Below are positions 10,111-19,661 of a stretch of 64,000 nt of DNA, piece after piece. The translations under genes and the position numbers were made by a program. The stretch is from positions 192,001 through 256,000 of the forward strand of contig CAVRUC010000010.1 in assembly GCA_963724295.1 (NCBI GenBank), written 5' to 3'. Position 1 is the stretch's first letter, and each line of letters starts with the position of its first letter. Under the pieces are notes generated by a model. It was not told the DNA's origin, ran no database searches, and worked only from the letters and a program-made list of their open reading frames with translations. The stretch comes from an uncultured Chloroflexia bacterium. GTDB lineage: Bacteria > Chloroflexota > Chloroflexia > Thermomicrobiales > UBA6265.

Positions 10111-10203
10111 GGTGTCATTCCGACGGACTTGCAGGAGGAATCTCGTCAGTCGTGGTGAGCCCCGGAACACGAGATTCCTCGCTGGCGGGCTCGGAATGAC
10201 ACC
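10111..10203. repeat. Palindromic REP/MITE-like element, copy 1
   Basis: 13-bp terminal IR GGTGTCATTCCGA..TCGGAATGACACC and inner IR GAGGAATCTCGT..ACGAGATTCCTC. Confidence 0.8.
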
Positions 10204-10217
10204 TTGGACCTGACGCT

Positions 10218-10694
10218 TTAGGTTGAAGCGCCAATGGGCTCGCAGCCGATCCCGTCGCCGTCGTGATCGAGGCGCTGCGGATCGGGCGCCAAGACTTCGA
10301 ACCGGCGCTCGCCGGTGACCGCGCAGCCCTGGTCGAACGGCGGTCCCGGCGGAATGCAGGTGCGCTCCTCCGGGTAGGCCGGATCGCACCCAGTCCTCTC
10401 CGGTGCTTTCGGTTCAGGGGTGGGCGTCACTGCTGGGAGCGATGCGACAGCCCGTTGCGGTTCGAGGGCTGGCAATGAGGCGGCCGCATACCCGGCGCGG
10501 GGCGGCGCGGGCATCTCTGGCGGCGTGACCGTTGGTAACGTCGCGATCGATCGCGGCAGTGACGAAGGCTCTTCGATCGACATGCCGTACGTCGCGTCCT
10601 GAACCGCGACCGGACGCGCCCACTCGTTGGCCAGCGTGCCGAAGAGGCCATAGCCGGCGAGACTGAGCGCTATGAGCACGACGCGGGTATTCAA
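10218..10694 (-). CDS. Membrane-anchored or secreted Pro-rich protein with C-terminal excalibur-like Ca-binding domain
   Basis: N-terminal hydrophobic segment, Pro-rich linker, GCDPAYP..CIPP..C..LDHDGDGIGCE. Confidence 0.7.
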   Translation of the reverse strand: MNTRVVLIALSLAGYGLFGTLANEWARPVAVQDATYGMSIEEPSSLPRSIATLPTVTPPEMPAPPRAGYAAASLPALEPQRAVASLPAVTPTPEPKAPERTGCDPAYPEERTCIPPGPPFDQGCAVTGERRFEVLAPDPQRLDHDGDGIGCEPIGAST

Positions 10695-10939
10695 GGAGTG
10701 CCCCCTGCGAGGACCGAAGCCAATCCTGTACCGGGCTGATAAGCAGGAACCGCGCCATCTCATCGTTGCTATGCGCGTGGCAGAAGCGCGACCGGCTTGA
10801 GCCCGTACCGCCAGCCTGCAAGCTCTGAGCAAGGCCCGCGTTGACCGCGGTCCCAGGTCGTATCCTTTCCCGAAGAACGTATCTGGCCAGGCTCGGTCCC
10901 GGCTATGAGGGTTGAACGCAAACATTGAACGTGAAGGCA

Positions 10940-12376
10940 ATGACGCAGCGCCCGCGAGTCGTGCTCATCTCAACGTATGAGCTCGGGCACCAGCCGTTCG
11001 GTCTGGCATCGCCCGCGGCCTGGCTGCGCGAGGTGGGGGCTCAGGTCACCTGCCTCGACCTCGCCGTCGAGCGCCTGGATGAGGCGGCGATCGCCGCCGC
11101 GGATCTGGTGGCGTTCTACGTGCCAATGCACACCGCCACCCGCCTGGCCGCCAGCTTCGTCGAACGAGTGACGCGGATAAACCCGAACGCGCACCTCTGC
11201 TTCTATGGCCTGTACGCGCCGGTCAACGAGGAGTACCTGCGCGGTCTCGGCGCCGGGACCATCCTCGGTGGTGAGTTCGAAGAAGGGCTGGTCGCGCTGG
11301 TCGAGCGGCTCTCCGCCGCTGACACACTCCCCTCCCCACAGCCGGCACAACCCGAACCGACCATCTCCCTGACCAGGCAGCAGTTCCTCGTCCCGGATCG
11401 TAGCCAGCTACCCGGTCTGGAGCGGTACGCGCACGTCAAGCTGCCCGATGGCAGCTCGCGCATCGCCGGCTACACCGAGGCCAGCCGGGGCTGCAAGCAT
11501 CTCTGCCGCCATTGCCCGATCGTCCCGGTCTATGGCGGCCGGTTCTTCATCGTGCAACCGGACGTCGTGCTGGAGGACATCGCGCGTCAGGTCGAGGCCG
11601 GAGCAGAGCACATTACCTTCGGCGACCCCGATTTCTTCAACGGTCCCACCCACGCCATGCGCATCGTCGAGGAGCTGCACCGGCGGTTCCCGCAACTCAC
11701 TTATGACGTGATCATCAAGGTCGAGCACTTGCTCAAGCACGCCGGGCATCTGCCGGGGCTGCGCGACACGGGCTGTCTCTTCATCACCAGCGCGGTCGAA
11801 GCCGTCGACGACCGGATCCTGGAGATCTTCGACAAGCGTCACACCCGCGAGGAGTTCGTCCGTGCCGTCTCGCTTTGTCGCGAGGTGGGGCTGAACCTCA
11901 ATCCGACCTTCGTCACCTTCAACCCCTGGATCACTCTCGCCGGCTATCGGGATCTGCTCTCGACCATCCTCGAGCTCGACCTGGTCGGCAATGTCTCCCC
12001 GATCCAGTACGCGATCCGCCTCCTCATCCCGCGCGGCTCGCGGCTGCTGGAGCTGCCCCTGGTGCAGGAGTTCGTTGGCGATTTCGACCCGGAGGCCCTG
12101 GCCTACCCATGGACGCATCCCGACCCCCGCATGGACCGCCTGCACGCGGATGTCCTCGCCGTCGTGGGCGGCAACCAGACCACTGTCGAGGATCGCTACG
12201 CCATCTTCGCCAGGGTCTGGGAGCTGACCGAAGCCGCCGGTGAGGCCAACTCGAGCGATTCCTTCGCATTGGTTGCCACCGGCGTCCGCAGCCGCGAGCC
12301 GATCCCCCACTTGAGCGAACCCTGGTACTGCTGAGCGGAGCCAACCGCGGAGCAGTTCGCTCCCGACCGCGTCTAG
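10940..12376 (+). CDS. B12-binding radical SAM selenoprotein (CUAEP/CCAEP-tail family); UGA 12332-12334 read as Sec
   Basis: YELGHQPFGLASPAA N-terminus; CKHLCRHC = CxxxCxxC; readthrough gives EPWYC-U-AEPTAEQFAPDRV ending at TAG 12374-12376. Confidence 0.88.
12346..12371 (+). promoter_or_regulatory. Candidate bacterial SECIS hairpin
   Basis: GGAGC-agttc-GCTCC stem with flanking CGCG pairing, starting about 12 nt after the in-frame UGA. Confidence 0.5.
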
Positions 12377-12467
12377 AACCCTGCAAGTGCAAGAAAGCGA
12401 TCCAGGACGAGCCGATGACACCCGCGGTTGCAAGGGCAAGCCGCGGGGTATCGCGAGGAGGCAGAGC

Positions 12468-12987
12468 ATGAGCGTGGCAGCGAACGGGGGCGCGAACCCC
12501 GGACGGGACACCGCCTGGTCCCGGCGGAGAGCGTTGCAATCGGCAGGCGCGGCGTTGGTGACCGCCGCCGGGATCGCGGAGCACGCTCAGGACGCCGCCG
12601 CACAAAGCCCAACAGGGTCTGCCAGCCGCCGCTACCCCCGCGATCCCGGCGGACCTCAAGTTCAAAGTTGTCCTTCATGCCGCCGAAGTCGAGAACTGGC
12701 CCTACGTCCTCTCCAACGTGAAGAATCTGACCCAGGAGTGGCCGCAGGCGCAGCTGCGGGTCGTCGTCGATGGGTCGGCGGTCGCCAGCTTGCAAGGGGC
12801 AAACAATTTGACGACGGAACTGGCCCAGCTCGCCGAGGCCGGTGTCCAATTGCAGGTCTGTCCGAATGCGCTCCACGAACATGGGATCGATCCGGGCACG
12901 ATTCCCACGTTCGCCCAGACGAATCTGGGCGGCGTGGTGGCCCTGGTATTGGCCCAACATGAAGGATTCGCGTACGTCAAGCCATAG
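12468..12987 (+). CDS. Tat-exported DsrE/DsrF-like protein, frameshift near 12630
   Basis: RBS gaggag; WSRRRALQSAGAAL Tat leader; downstream frame KVVLHAAEVENWPYVLSNVKNL..LQVCPNAL..GGVVALVLAQHEGFAYVKP. Confidence 0.8.
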
Positions 12988-13108
12988 CAGCCGGTCGCGC
13001 TACTGCTGACGGACAGACGAGCCACCCTGCGCCGTCCGTCCCGCATCCGGGCCAGGGAAGACTCGCCGAGCCGTGGCAACTGCTCGTGGAGGAAAGGGGA
13101 AATCGAGC

Positions 13109-14299
13109 GTGGGCGTCTATGACGAGCTCGGGCTGCGCACGGTCATCAACGCGAGCGGAACCCTGACCCGCCTCGGCGGCAGCCGCATGGCCCCGGAGGT
13201 CCTGGCGGCGATGGCCGACGCCGCGGCTTCGTTCGTTCCGATCGACGCCTTGCAGGCGCGGGCCGGCGAGGTCATCGCCGAGGTCACCGGCGCCGAGACC
13301 GGCTACGTGGTGAGCGGGGCGGCCGCGGGGCTCTCGTTGGGGGTCGCCGCCTGTGTGGCCGGGATGGACGTGGCGGCGATGGACCGCCTGCCGGACACGT
13401 CCGGATTGAAGGACGAGGTGGTCGTCCAGCGCGGCCACCGCAACGCCTACGACCACGCCATTCGGGCCGTCGGGGTGCGCATGGTCGAGGTTGGCTATCT
13501 GGGCTACCCCGGCGCCGGAGGCACGAGCCCCTGGCAAATCGCCGCGGCGATCACCGAGCGGACGGCGGCGGTCGCCTGCCCGATCCTCGATACCCCCGGC
13601 ACGGTGCCGCTGCCCGAGGTCTGCCGGATCGCGCACGAGGGCGGCGTCCCGGTGATTGTCGATGCCGCCGCCGAGCTGCCGCCGCGCGCGAACTTGCGCC
13701 GGTTCATCGCGGAGGGCGCGGATCTGGTCGTCTTCTCGGGAGGCAAAGCGATCGGCGGACCGCAGGCCAGCGGTATCCTCGCCGGCCGGGCAGACCTGAT
13801 CGCCTCCGTCGCGCTCCAGCATCAGGATATGGATGTGCGCCCGGAGACCTGGTCGTGGCGCCCGCTGCTCGAATCGGGTCACCTGTCCGGAGTGCCGCAC
13901 CAGGGGTTCGGGCGTTCGATGAAGGTCGGACGGGAGGAGATCGTCGGACTCATCACCGCCCTTCGTCGCTTTGCCGCCGGCAGTGACGAGGAGGACCTGC
14001 AGCGCTGGCAACGGTGCCTCGACCCGATCGAGCAGGCGCTGGAGGGCATTTCGGGCATTCGCGTCAGCCGCCAGCTGTCGCATCGCAAACCGGTCCCATC
14101 ATTGTGGATCGAGCTGGACGGCGACTCCACGGCGGCCCGTGCCTACGATCTCGTCAACCGGCTGCTGGGCGGCGAGCCTGCCATCGCCATCGACCAGTCG
14201 TACGCGGAGCATGGGCGACTGTCGATCAATCCACAGGGATTGACCGCGGAGGAGGCGACGGCGGTAGCCCGGCGCCTGCGCGAGGAACTACGAGGGTGA
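13109..14299 (+). CDS. SelA-like (DgaE-type) PLP-dependent enzyme
   Basis: VINASGTLTRLGGS, VQRGHRNAYD, VIVDAAAE, FSGGKAIGGPQASGIL, GFGRSMKVGREEI; lacks the N-terminal domain of true SelA. Confidence 0.85.
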   Translation: MGVYDELGLRTVINASGTLTRLGGSRMAPEVLAAMADAAASFVPIDALQARAGEVIAEVTGAETGYVVSGAAAGLSLGVAACVAGMDVAAMDRLPDTSGLKDEVVVQRGHRNAYDHAIRAVGVRMVEVGYLGYPGAGGTSPWQIAAAITERTAAVACPILDTPGTVPLPEVCRIAHEGGVPVIVDAAAELPPRANLRRFIAEGADLVVFSGGKAIGGPQASGILAGRADLIASVALQHQDMDVRPETWSWRPLLESGHLSGVPHQGFGRSMKVGREEIVGLITALRRFAAGSDEEDLQRWQRCLDPIEQALEGISGIRVSRQLSHRKPVPSLWIELDGDSTAARAYDLVNRLLGGEPAIAIDQSYAEHGRLSINPQGLTAEEATAVARRLREELRG

Positions 14300-14425
14300 T
14301 AGGGTGATGACTCGCTACGCTCGTGGTGATAGGGTAAAAGGGTCGTTGTTCGCTGCGCTCACGGTGGCAGGGTGAGCAGGAAGAACGATTCCCGATCACC
14401 CCGCCACCCTGCCACCCTGCCACCC
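14294..14425. repeat. Inverted arrays of GGGTG(AT/GC)A octamers with CGCTnCGCTC motifs
   Basis: gggtgatagggtgatga..cgctgcgctcacggtggcagggtg..ccgccaccctgccaccctgccacc. Confidence 0.7.
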
Positions 14426-14436
14426 ATCGCCCCCGG

Positions 14437-14465
14437 TGATCCGACCCGGTGCGCGATCGCGTATG
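14437..14465 (+). promoter_or_regulatory. ECF promoter TGATCC-N17-CGTATG (likely autoregulatory)
   Basis: TGATCCgacccggtgcgcgatcgCGTATG just before the sigma ATG; same boxes and spacing at 16110-16138. Confidence 0.7.
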
Positions 14466-14483
14466 GTCAAGTAGACAGGTGCG

Positions 14484-15080
14484 ATGACCGACCTGGGACC
14501 TGGAGACGACGAGCTCATCGCGGCCGTTGCCCGCGGAGACCAGCCAGCGCTCCTGGCGCTGTATGACCGGCATGGGCGGATGGGCTATGGCCTCGCCTAC
14601 CGCATTCTCGGCGATGCCGGGGCGGCGGAGGAGGCGGTGCAAGACGCATACCTGCGCATCTGGCGCCGGGCCTCGACATTCGATGCCTCGCGCGGCGGTG
14701 CACGCTCCTGGCTGCTGACCATCGTCCATCACTGCGCCATCGATCTGCTGCGGCGCCGAGCCGGCGCGCCTCCTGTCGTGGCCGGGCTCGACGAGATGGC
14801 CGATCGGCGGTCGGTGCCCGACGCCTGGAGCGAGGTGTCGGGTCGAATCGAGAGCGAGCGGGTGCGCACGGCGGTGGAGACGCTCCCCGGCGAGCAACGG
14901 CGCGCGATCGAGATGGCGTTTTTCGATGGTCTCACCCACCGCGAGATCGCGGAACGCGACGGTTTGCCCCTGGGAACGGTGAAAGGCCGCCTGCGCCTCG
15001 GATTGAAGCGGCTCTCAGGTCTGTTGGCGGAACCGGCGCCTGGGGTGACCGGTCCGGCGGAGCTCAATCGTGGAACCTAA
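14484..15080 (+). CDS. ECF sigma-70 factor (SigK/RpoE-like)
   Basis: Region 2 AEEAVQDAYLRIWRRA..SWLLTIVHHCAID; region 4 GLTHREIAERDGLPLGTVKGRLRLG. Confidence 0.93.
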   Translation: MTDLGPGDDELIAAVARGDQPALLALYDRHGRMGYGLAYRILGDAGAAEEAVQDAYLRIWRRASTFDASRGGARSWLLTIVHHCAIDLLRRRAGAPPVVAGLDEMADRRSVPDAWSEVSGRIESERVRTAVETLPGEQRRAIEMAFFDGLTHREIAERDGLPLGTVKGRLRLGLKRLSGLLAEPAPGVTGPAELNRGT

Positions 15081-15853
15081 CCTGCCAGTGGCCAGACACG
15101 CCGCAACGCGCGACCTGCTCGGAGCCTTCGCTCTGGGCGCGGTCGATGCCGAAGAAGCCGCCACGGTGCGGGCGCACCTGGCGACGTGCGCGGAGTGCCA
15201 GGCGGAGATGGCCGAGCTGTGGCTTGCCGTCGACAGCCTCCCCGGCATGATCGAGCCGATGGAGCCTTCACCCGCCCTGCGCGACCGCATCGCGGCGGCG
15301 ATCGTGGCGGAGGCGGCATCCCCTGCACCGGCTCCGCCAGCTCCCTCCGCAGCGGCTGTAGCCGAGCCAGTGCCCACCATCGCCCCGGCGCCACCTGCGC
15401 CCGAGCCGATCCGGAAGCCCGCGTCCTTCTGGTCGAGGGCAACCCCCTGGGCCGCCGCGGCGGCCATCTTGCTCCTGCTTTCGGCCGGGTTGCTCGTCTG
15501 GAACCTGCGCTTGCGAGAGCAGCTACGCCACCGCACCGGTCGCGGAGACGATCGCTCTCGCGCCCACGGACGTGGCGCCCGGGGCCCGCGGCGAGGTGAC
15601 CTATCTCCCGCAGGACGAGCTCTTCATGCTCGACGTGCGCGACCTTCCCCCGCTGGAACCCGATCAGGTCTACGAGGTCTGGCTGATCGGGGCCGAGGGC
15701 CCGGTACCAGCCGGGGTCTTCGACCAGCCGACGGACCAGCACGCCATCGTCGCCGACCGCGACCTCTACGACACGCTGGCCATCACCGCCGAACCCGGCC
15801 CGCTGGGCACCGAAGCCCCGACCGGCGAGATCGTGGCCACGGCGCCAATTTAG
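15070..15853 (+). CDS. Anti-sigma factor, RskA type with ZAS zinc finger; frameshift near 15525
   Basis: LLGAFALGA..HLATCAEC (HxxxCxxC), TM helix, then LPPLEPDQVYEVWLI..PAGVF..LAITAEP. Confidence 0.85.
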
Positions 15854-15879
15854 CGTTCCGCACAGGAGGGTCATCGTCG

Positions 15880-16050
15880 CTTGGGAGCGGCGCTGATCCG
15901 GCGCTGATCGCGCTCACCAAGCACTGACTCGCCATCGAGCCGGCGTCCTTCGCTGAACTCACCCACGACCTGATCGCCGAGCTGACCGGCGTGCCATTCG
16001 GCACGGTCAAGAGACGCGTCCGTCTCGGGCTGTGCCGTCTCCGTACCCCT
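15880..16050 (+). pseudogene. Degenerate ECF sigma region-4 remnant
   Basis: ALIALTKH*LAIEPASFAELTHDLIAELTGVPFGTVKRRVRLGLCRLR resembles RAIEMAFFDGLTHREIAERDGLPLGTVKGRLRLGLKRL of the upstream sigma. Confidence 0.6.
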
Positions 16051-16109
16051 TGCAGGTTCGCGTGCCCTACTCCCGGGAACCTCGCCCATTCAGATGCAAG
16101 CGGCCTGAA

Positions 16110-16138
16110 TGATCCAGCACTCGCCGAGACCCCGTATG
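16110..16138 (+). promoter_or_regulatory. ECF promoter TGATCC-N17-CGTATG for the DUF4331 operon
   Basis: TGATCCagcactcgccgagacccCGTATG. Confidence 0.7.
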
Positions 16139-16374
16139 ACCGAGCGACGTTGATCGCACCCGACAGCGATTGGTGGCGCAAGCCGCCCGGAGGACTCACC
16201 GCATGGATGGCCAACGAATGGCACGGATGCGCGCTCCGTCTGTTCGCCGGCTCAGGGAGGGCGGTCTCCCCCGCAGCGAACGCGGAGTCGAAAGCGGTGG
16301 CCCAAGGCACACCGCGGCCAGGCGTCTACAACAGCGTGGACACGACGCTCGAACTTGCAGAGGAGATATCCATC

Positions 16375-18161
16375 ATGCACCTGCGAACCGCAACCCATCT
16401 TGGTCTGGCTCTCACAGCCATGGTCGGGATGTCCTCGGTCTTCAATCTGGGCGCTCCGCCAAGCGGCGCGTCGAGTCACCGCGAAGCTCCCCTCATCAGC
16501 CAGGATCCGGTGGCCGACGCCACCGATCTCTACGCGTTCGTCAGCCCTGACGATCCGGATACGGTCACCCTGATCGCCAACTACTACCCGATGCAGGATC
16601 CGGCCGGGTTCCCCAACTTCTATCGCTTCGGCGACGACGTCACCTACCGCATCAACATCGATAACAACGGCGATGCGGTCGAGGACATCTTCTACCAGTG
16701 GGACTTCGACACCGAGATCGTCAATCCGAATTCGTTCCTCTACAACTCCGGACCGATCGATTCACTCGATAGCCCCAACCTGAACGTCCGTCAGACCTAC
16801 ACCCTCTCCGAGGGACGGGGCGGCACGTTGACCGAGATCGCCAGCGGCCTGATGACGCCGCCGGTCAACATCGGGCCGAAGTCGACCCCGGACTATGAGG
16901 CGCTCGCTTCCGACGCGATCGCCGAAGTCGGCGACGGCATCACTGTCTTCGCCGGTCAGCGCGACGACCCCTTCTGGGTCGATCTCGGTGGGATTGGCGA
17001 TCTGCTCACCATCCGCCAGTTGCCCGGCAACGCCGGTGGCGGCGTCGACGATCTGGCTGGTCTCAATGTTCAGTCGCTGGCCATCCAGGTGCCAGTCGAG
17101 CAGCTGACCAGCGACGGCGCGGCGCCCGCCGACGCGGAGGCCGCCAACGCGGTCATCGGGGTCTGGACGACCGCGCTGCGACCGTCGACCCTGGTCTTCG
17201 GGCCGGGCACCCAGACCGCCTCAGGCGATCACGTCCAGATCTCCCGTCTCGGTATGCCACTCGTCAACGAGGTGGTGGCGCCGCTGGGAGCGAAGGACCT
17301 CTTCAACTCTTCGCACCCCGGGAACGACGCCCAGTTCCTGGGCGCGGTCACCGATCCGGAGATCGCCAGGCTGCTCAATCTGCTCTACGGCGACGCGCTG
17401 GTCGCCGTGCCCGAATCGGGACGTGACGATCTGGTGCAGGTCTTCCTGACCGGCGTGCCGGGACTCAATCAGCCGGCGGACGTCACCCCCAGCGAGATGC
17501 TGCGGCTCAACATCGCCGTCGCGCCGTCGGAGACGGAGAACCCGCTCGGCGTCATCGGCGGCGACAACGCCGGCTTCCCGAACGGCCGCCGGCTCGGCGA
17601 CGACGTCGTCGACGTCGAGCTGCGCGTTGCGGCGGGCTTCCTCCTCGGCGAGGAGTTCCAGAACGGCGCCAACGGTCAGCTCGGCGACGGCGTGCCGGCG
17701 AACGATACGGCGTTCCTGACGGAGTTCCCCTACGTCGGCACGCCGCACCAGGGCTTCGAGCACATGCATCACGCGCCGACCGGTGTCACGACGGCTACGG
17801 GCGGCGGTGCGGAAGCGACACCGGTGATGGAGGAGCGTGAGGTCACCGTGACGCTCGACGCGCTGAATGACTCGGGCATGAGCGGTGAGGCGACGCTGAC
17901 CGAGACAGAGGACGGGACGACAGGTCTCGTTGATGGTCGAGGGCGCTACCGGCGGCCATCCCGTCCATATCCATTTCGGAAGCTGCGACGACCTCGGCGA
18001 GGTTGCCGCCCCGCTCACCGACATCGACGCAGACGGGGATGAGCGAGACGACCGTCGACCTGACGATCGACGAGCTCACCGGCGAGGAGTACGCGATCAA
18101 CGCGCACGAGTCCGCCGAGAACATCACCAACTACGTCGCCTGTGGCGATATCACGGGCTAA
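16375..18161 (+). CDS. Secreted DUF4331 protein with C-terminal CHRD/Cu-Zn SOD-like His/Cys domain; two frameshifts near 17925 and 18040
   Basis: Signal peptide then ASSHREAPLISQDPVADATDLYAF, FAGQRDDPF, RLGMPLVNEV, GFPNGRRLGDDVVD; tail HPVHIHFGSC..INAHES..YVACG, TAA 18159-18161. Confidence 0.85.
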
Positions 18162-18245
18162 TCCATCGACCCGGCGCCGGGCGGGCGCCGGGAGGCCGGG
18201 TGGGGGTGGTTCCTCACCCGGCCACCACACGGAAGGGTCATCCCG

Positions 18246-19661
18246 ATGACGTGGACATCGCTCCAGCGCAAAACCCAGGCGGTCGGTCCATTTTCCAGGC
18301 TCTTGATCGCGGTCCTGGCGGCGGTCGCCCTGATCTCTGGCGTTCTCAACATTCGTCCGGCGCTGGAGAGCGTCTCCGGCGCGGGTGCGATCGAGGTACC
18401 CGGGGCATCGGCGGTTGACCAGCTTGTCGGTCTCCCGGAGCGGCCGGAGACGGCGCTCGACGCCCGCATCCGGACGCTTCAGGACACGCTGCGCGGCGGC
18501 GACGAGCGCGCTATGGGGCTCGCCTCGACGATGCTGGGTCAGGCCTACTTGCAGAAAGCGCGCGAAACGGGCGATCCGGGCTACTACCCAAAGGCTGAAA
18601 CCCTCTTCCATCAGGCGCTCGCCGCCAACGCCGCCGACGGCGAGGCGATGGTCGGTCTCGGGACGCTCGCCCTGGCCCGCCACCAGTTCGCCGCGGCCCT
18701 CGACTGGGGCGAGCGGGCCCGCGCCCTCAATCCCCAGCACGCCCCGGTCTATGGCGTGATCGGCGACGCCCAGATCGAGCTCGGTCGCTACGACGACGCG
18801 GTCGAGACCGTGCAGGCGATGGTCGATCTGCGCCCGGATCTCGGCTCCTACTCCCGGGTTTCCTATGTCCGGGAATTGCTGGGCGACCGGGACGGCGCGG
18901 TGGCCGCGATGGAGCAAGCGGCGACCGCCGGCTCCGGCTACGCCGAAAATGTCGCCTGGGTCCACGTCCAGCTCGGCAACCTTCGCTTCGACGGCGGCGA
19001 TATCGACAACGCCGGGCACGACTATGCCGCGGCGCTCGCTGCCGTGCCGGGCTATGCCCCGGCCCTCGCCGGGCAGGCGCGGGTGGCGGCCGCTCGCGGC
19101 GACCTCGACGCCGCCGCCACGCTCTACGATCGGGCGGTACGGGCCATCCCCCTGCCGGAGTTTGTCATCGGGTACGGCGACGTGCTGAGCGCCGCCGGGC
19201 GAGAAGACGAGGCGAACGCGCAGTACGCGCTCGTCACCGCCATCCAGCAGCTGCACGCCGCGAACGGCGTCGACACCGATCTCGAGCTGGCCCTCTTCAC
19301 CGCCGACCATGGCCGTGCCGAGGATTTGCCACACGCAGTCGCCCAGGCCCGGGCGCAGGTCACGGTGCGCCCGAGCATCGTCGCCTGGGACGTCCTCGCC
19401 TGGACCCTCTACCGCAGCGGCGATTTCGACGGCGCGGCCGAAGCCAGCAACGAGGCCCTTCGCCTCGGCACCCAGAACGCGCTGATGCGCTTCCACGCCG
19501 GGATGATCGCCGCCGCTCGGGGAGAGACGGCCCAGGCGATCGCGCTCCTCGAAAGCGCTCTCGAGCTCAACCCGCACTTCTCGGTCCGCTTCGCACCCGA
19601 GGCCCGCGCCACCCTCGAGCGACTTCGTGCGCTCCCAATTGCGGGAGAGGAGGTCTCATGA
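18246..19661 (+). CDS. Membrane-anchored TPR protein
   Basis: N-terminal TM, LGQAYLQKARETGDPGYY and multiple TPRs. Confidence 0.88.
   Translation: MTWTSLQRKTQAVGPFSRLLIAVLAAVALISGVLNIRPALESVSGAGAIEVPGASAVDQLVGLPERPETALDARIRTLQDTLRGGDERAMGLASTMLGQAYLQKARETGDPGYYPKAETLFHQALAANAADGEAMVGLGTLALARHQFAAALDWGERARALNPQHAPVYGVIGDAQIELGRYDDAVETVQAMVDLRPDLGSYSRVSYVRELLGDRDGAVAAMEQAATAGSGYAENVAWVHVQLGNLRFDGGDIDNAGHDYAAALAAVPGYAPALAGQARVAAARGDLDAAATLYDRAVRAIPLPEFVIGYGDVLSAAGREDEANAQYALVTAIQQLHAANGVDTDLELALFTADHGRAEDLPHAVAQARAQVTVRPSIVAWDVLAWTLYRSGDFDGAAEASNEALRLGTQNALMRFHAGMIAAARGETAQAIALLESALELNPHFSVRFAPEARATLERLRALPIAGEEVS

Noticed and set aside
10912..10931. TTGAACG direct repeat before the radical SAM gene
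   Set aside because: Only two 7-mers, no second locus and no candidate regulator; could be chance
13109..14299. Calling this gene selA because it lies near a selenoprotein
   Set aside because: About 396 aa, no N-terminal tRNA-binding domain, FSGGK rather than FSGDK; fits the SelA-like/DgaE group
15991..16374. N-terminal 128 aa of the 683-aa ORF as part of DUF4331
   Set aside because: Spans a sigma remnant, a promoter and the leader; RBS and signal peptide point to ATG 16375
16139..16374. NiCo or cobalamin riboswitch ahead of the metal transporter operon
   Set aside because: Conserved cores of these riboswitches are not present; kept only as an unclassified structured leader
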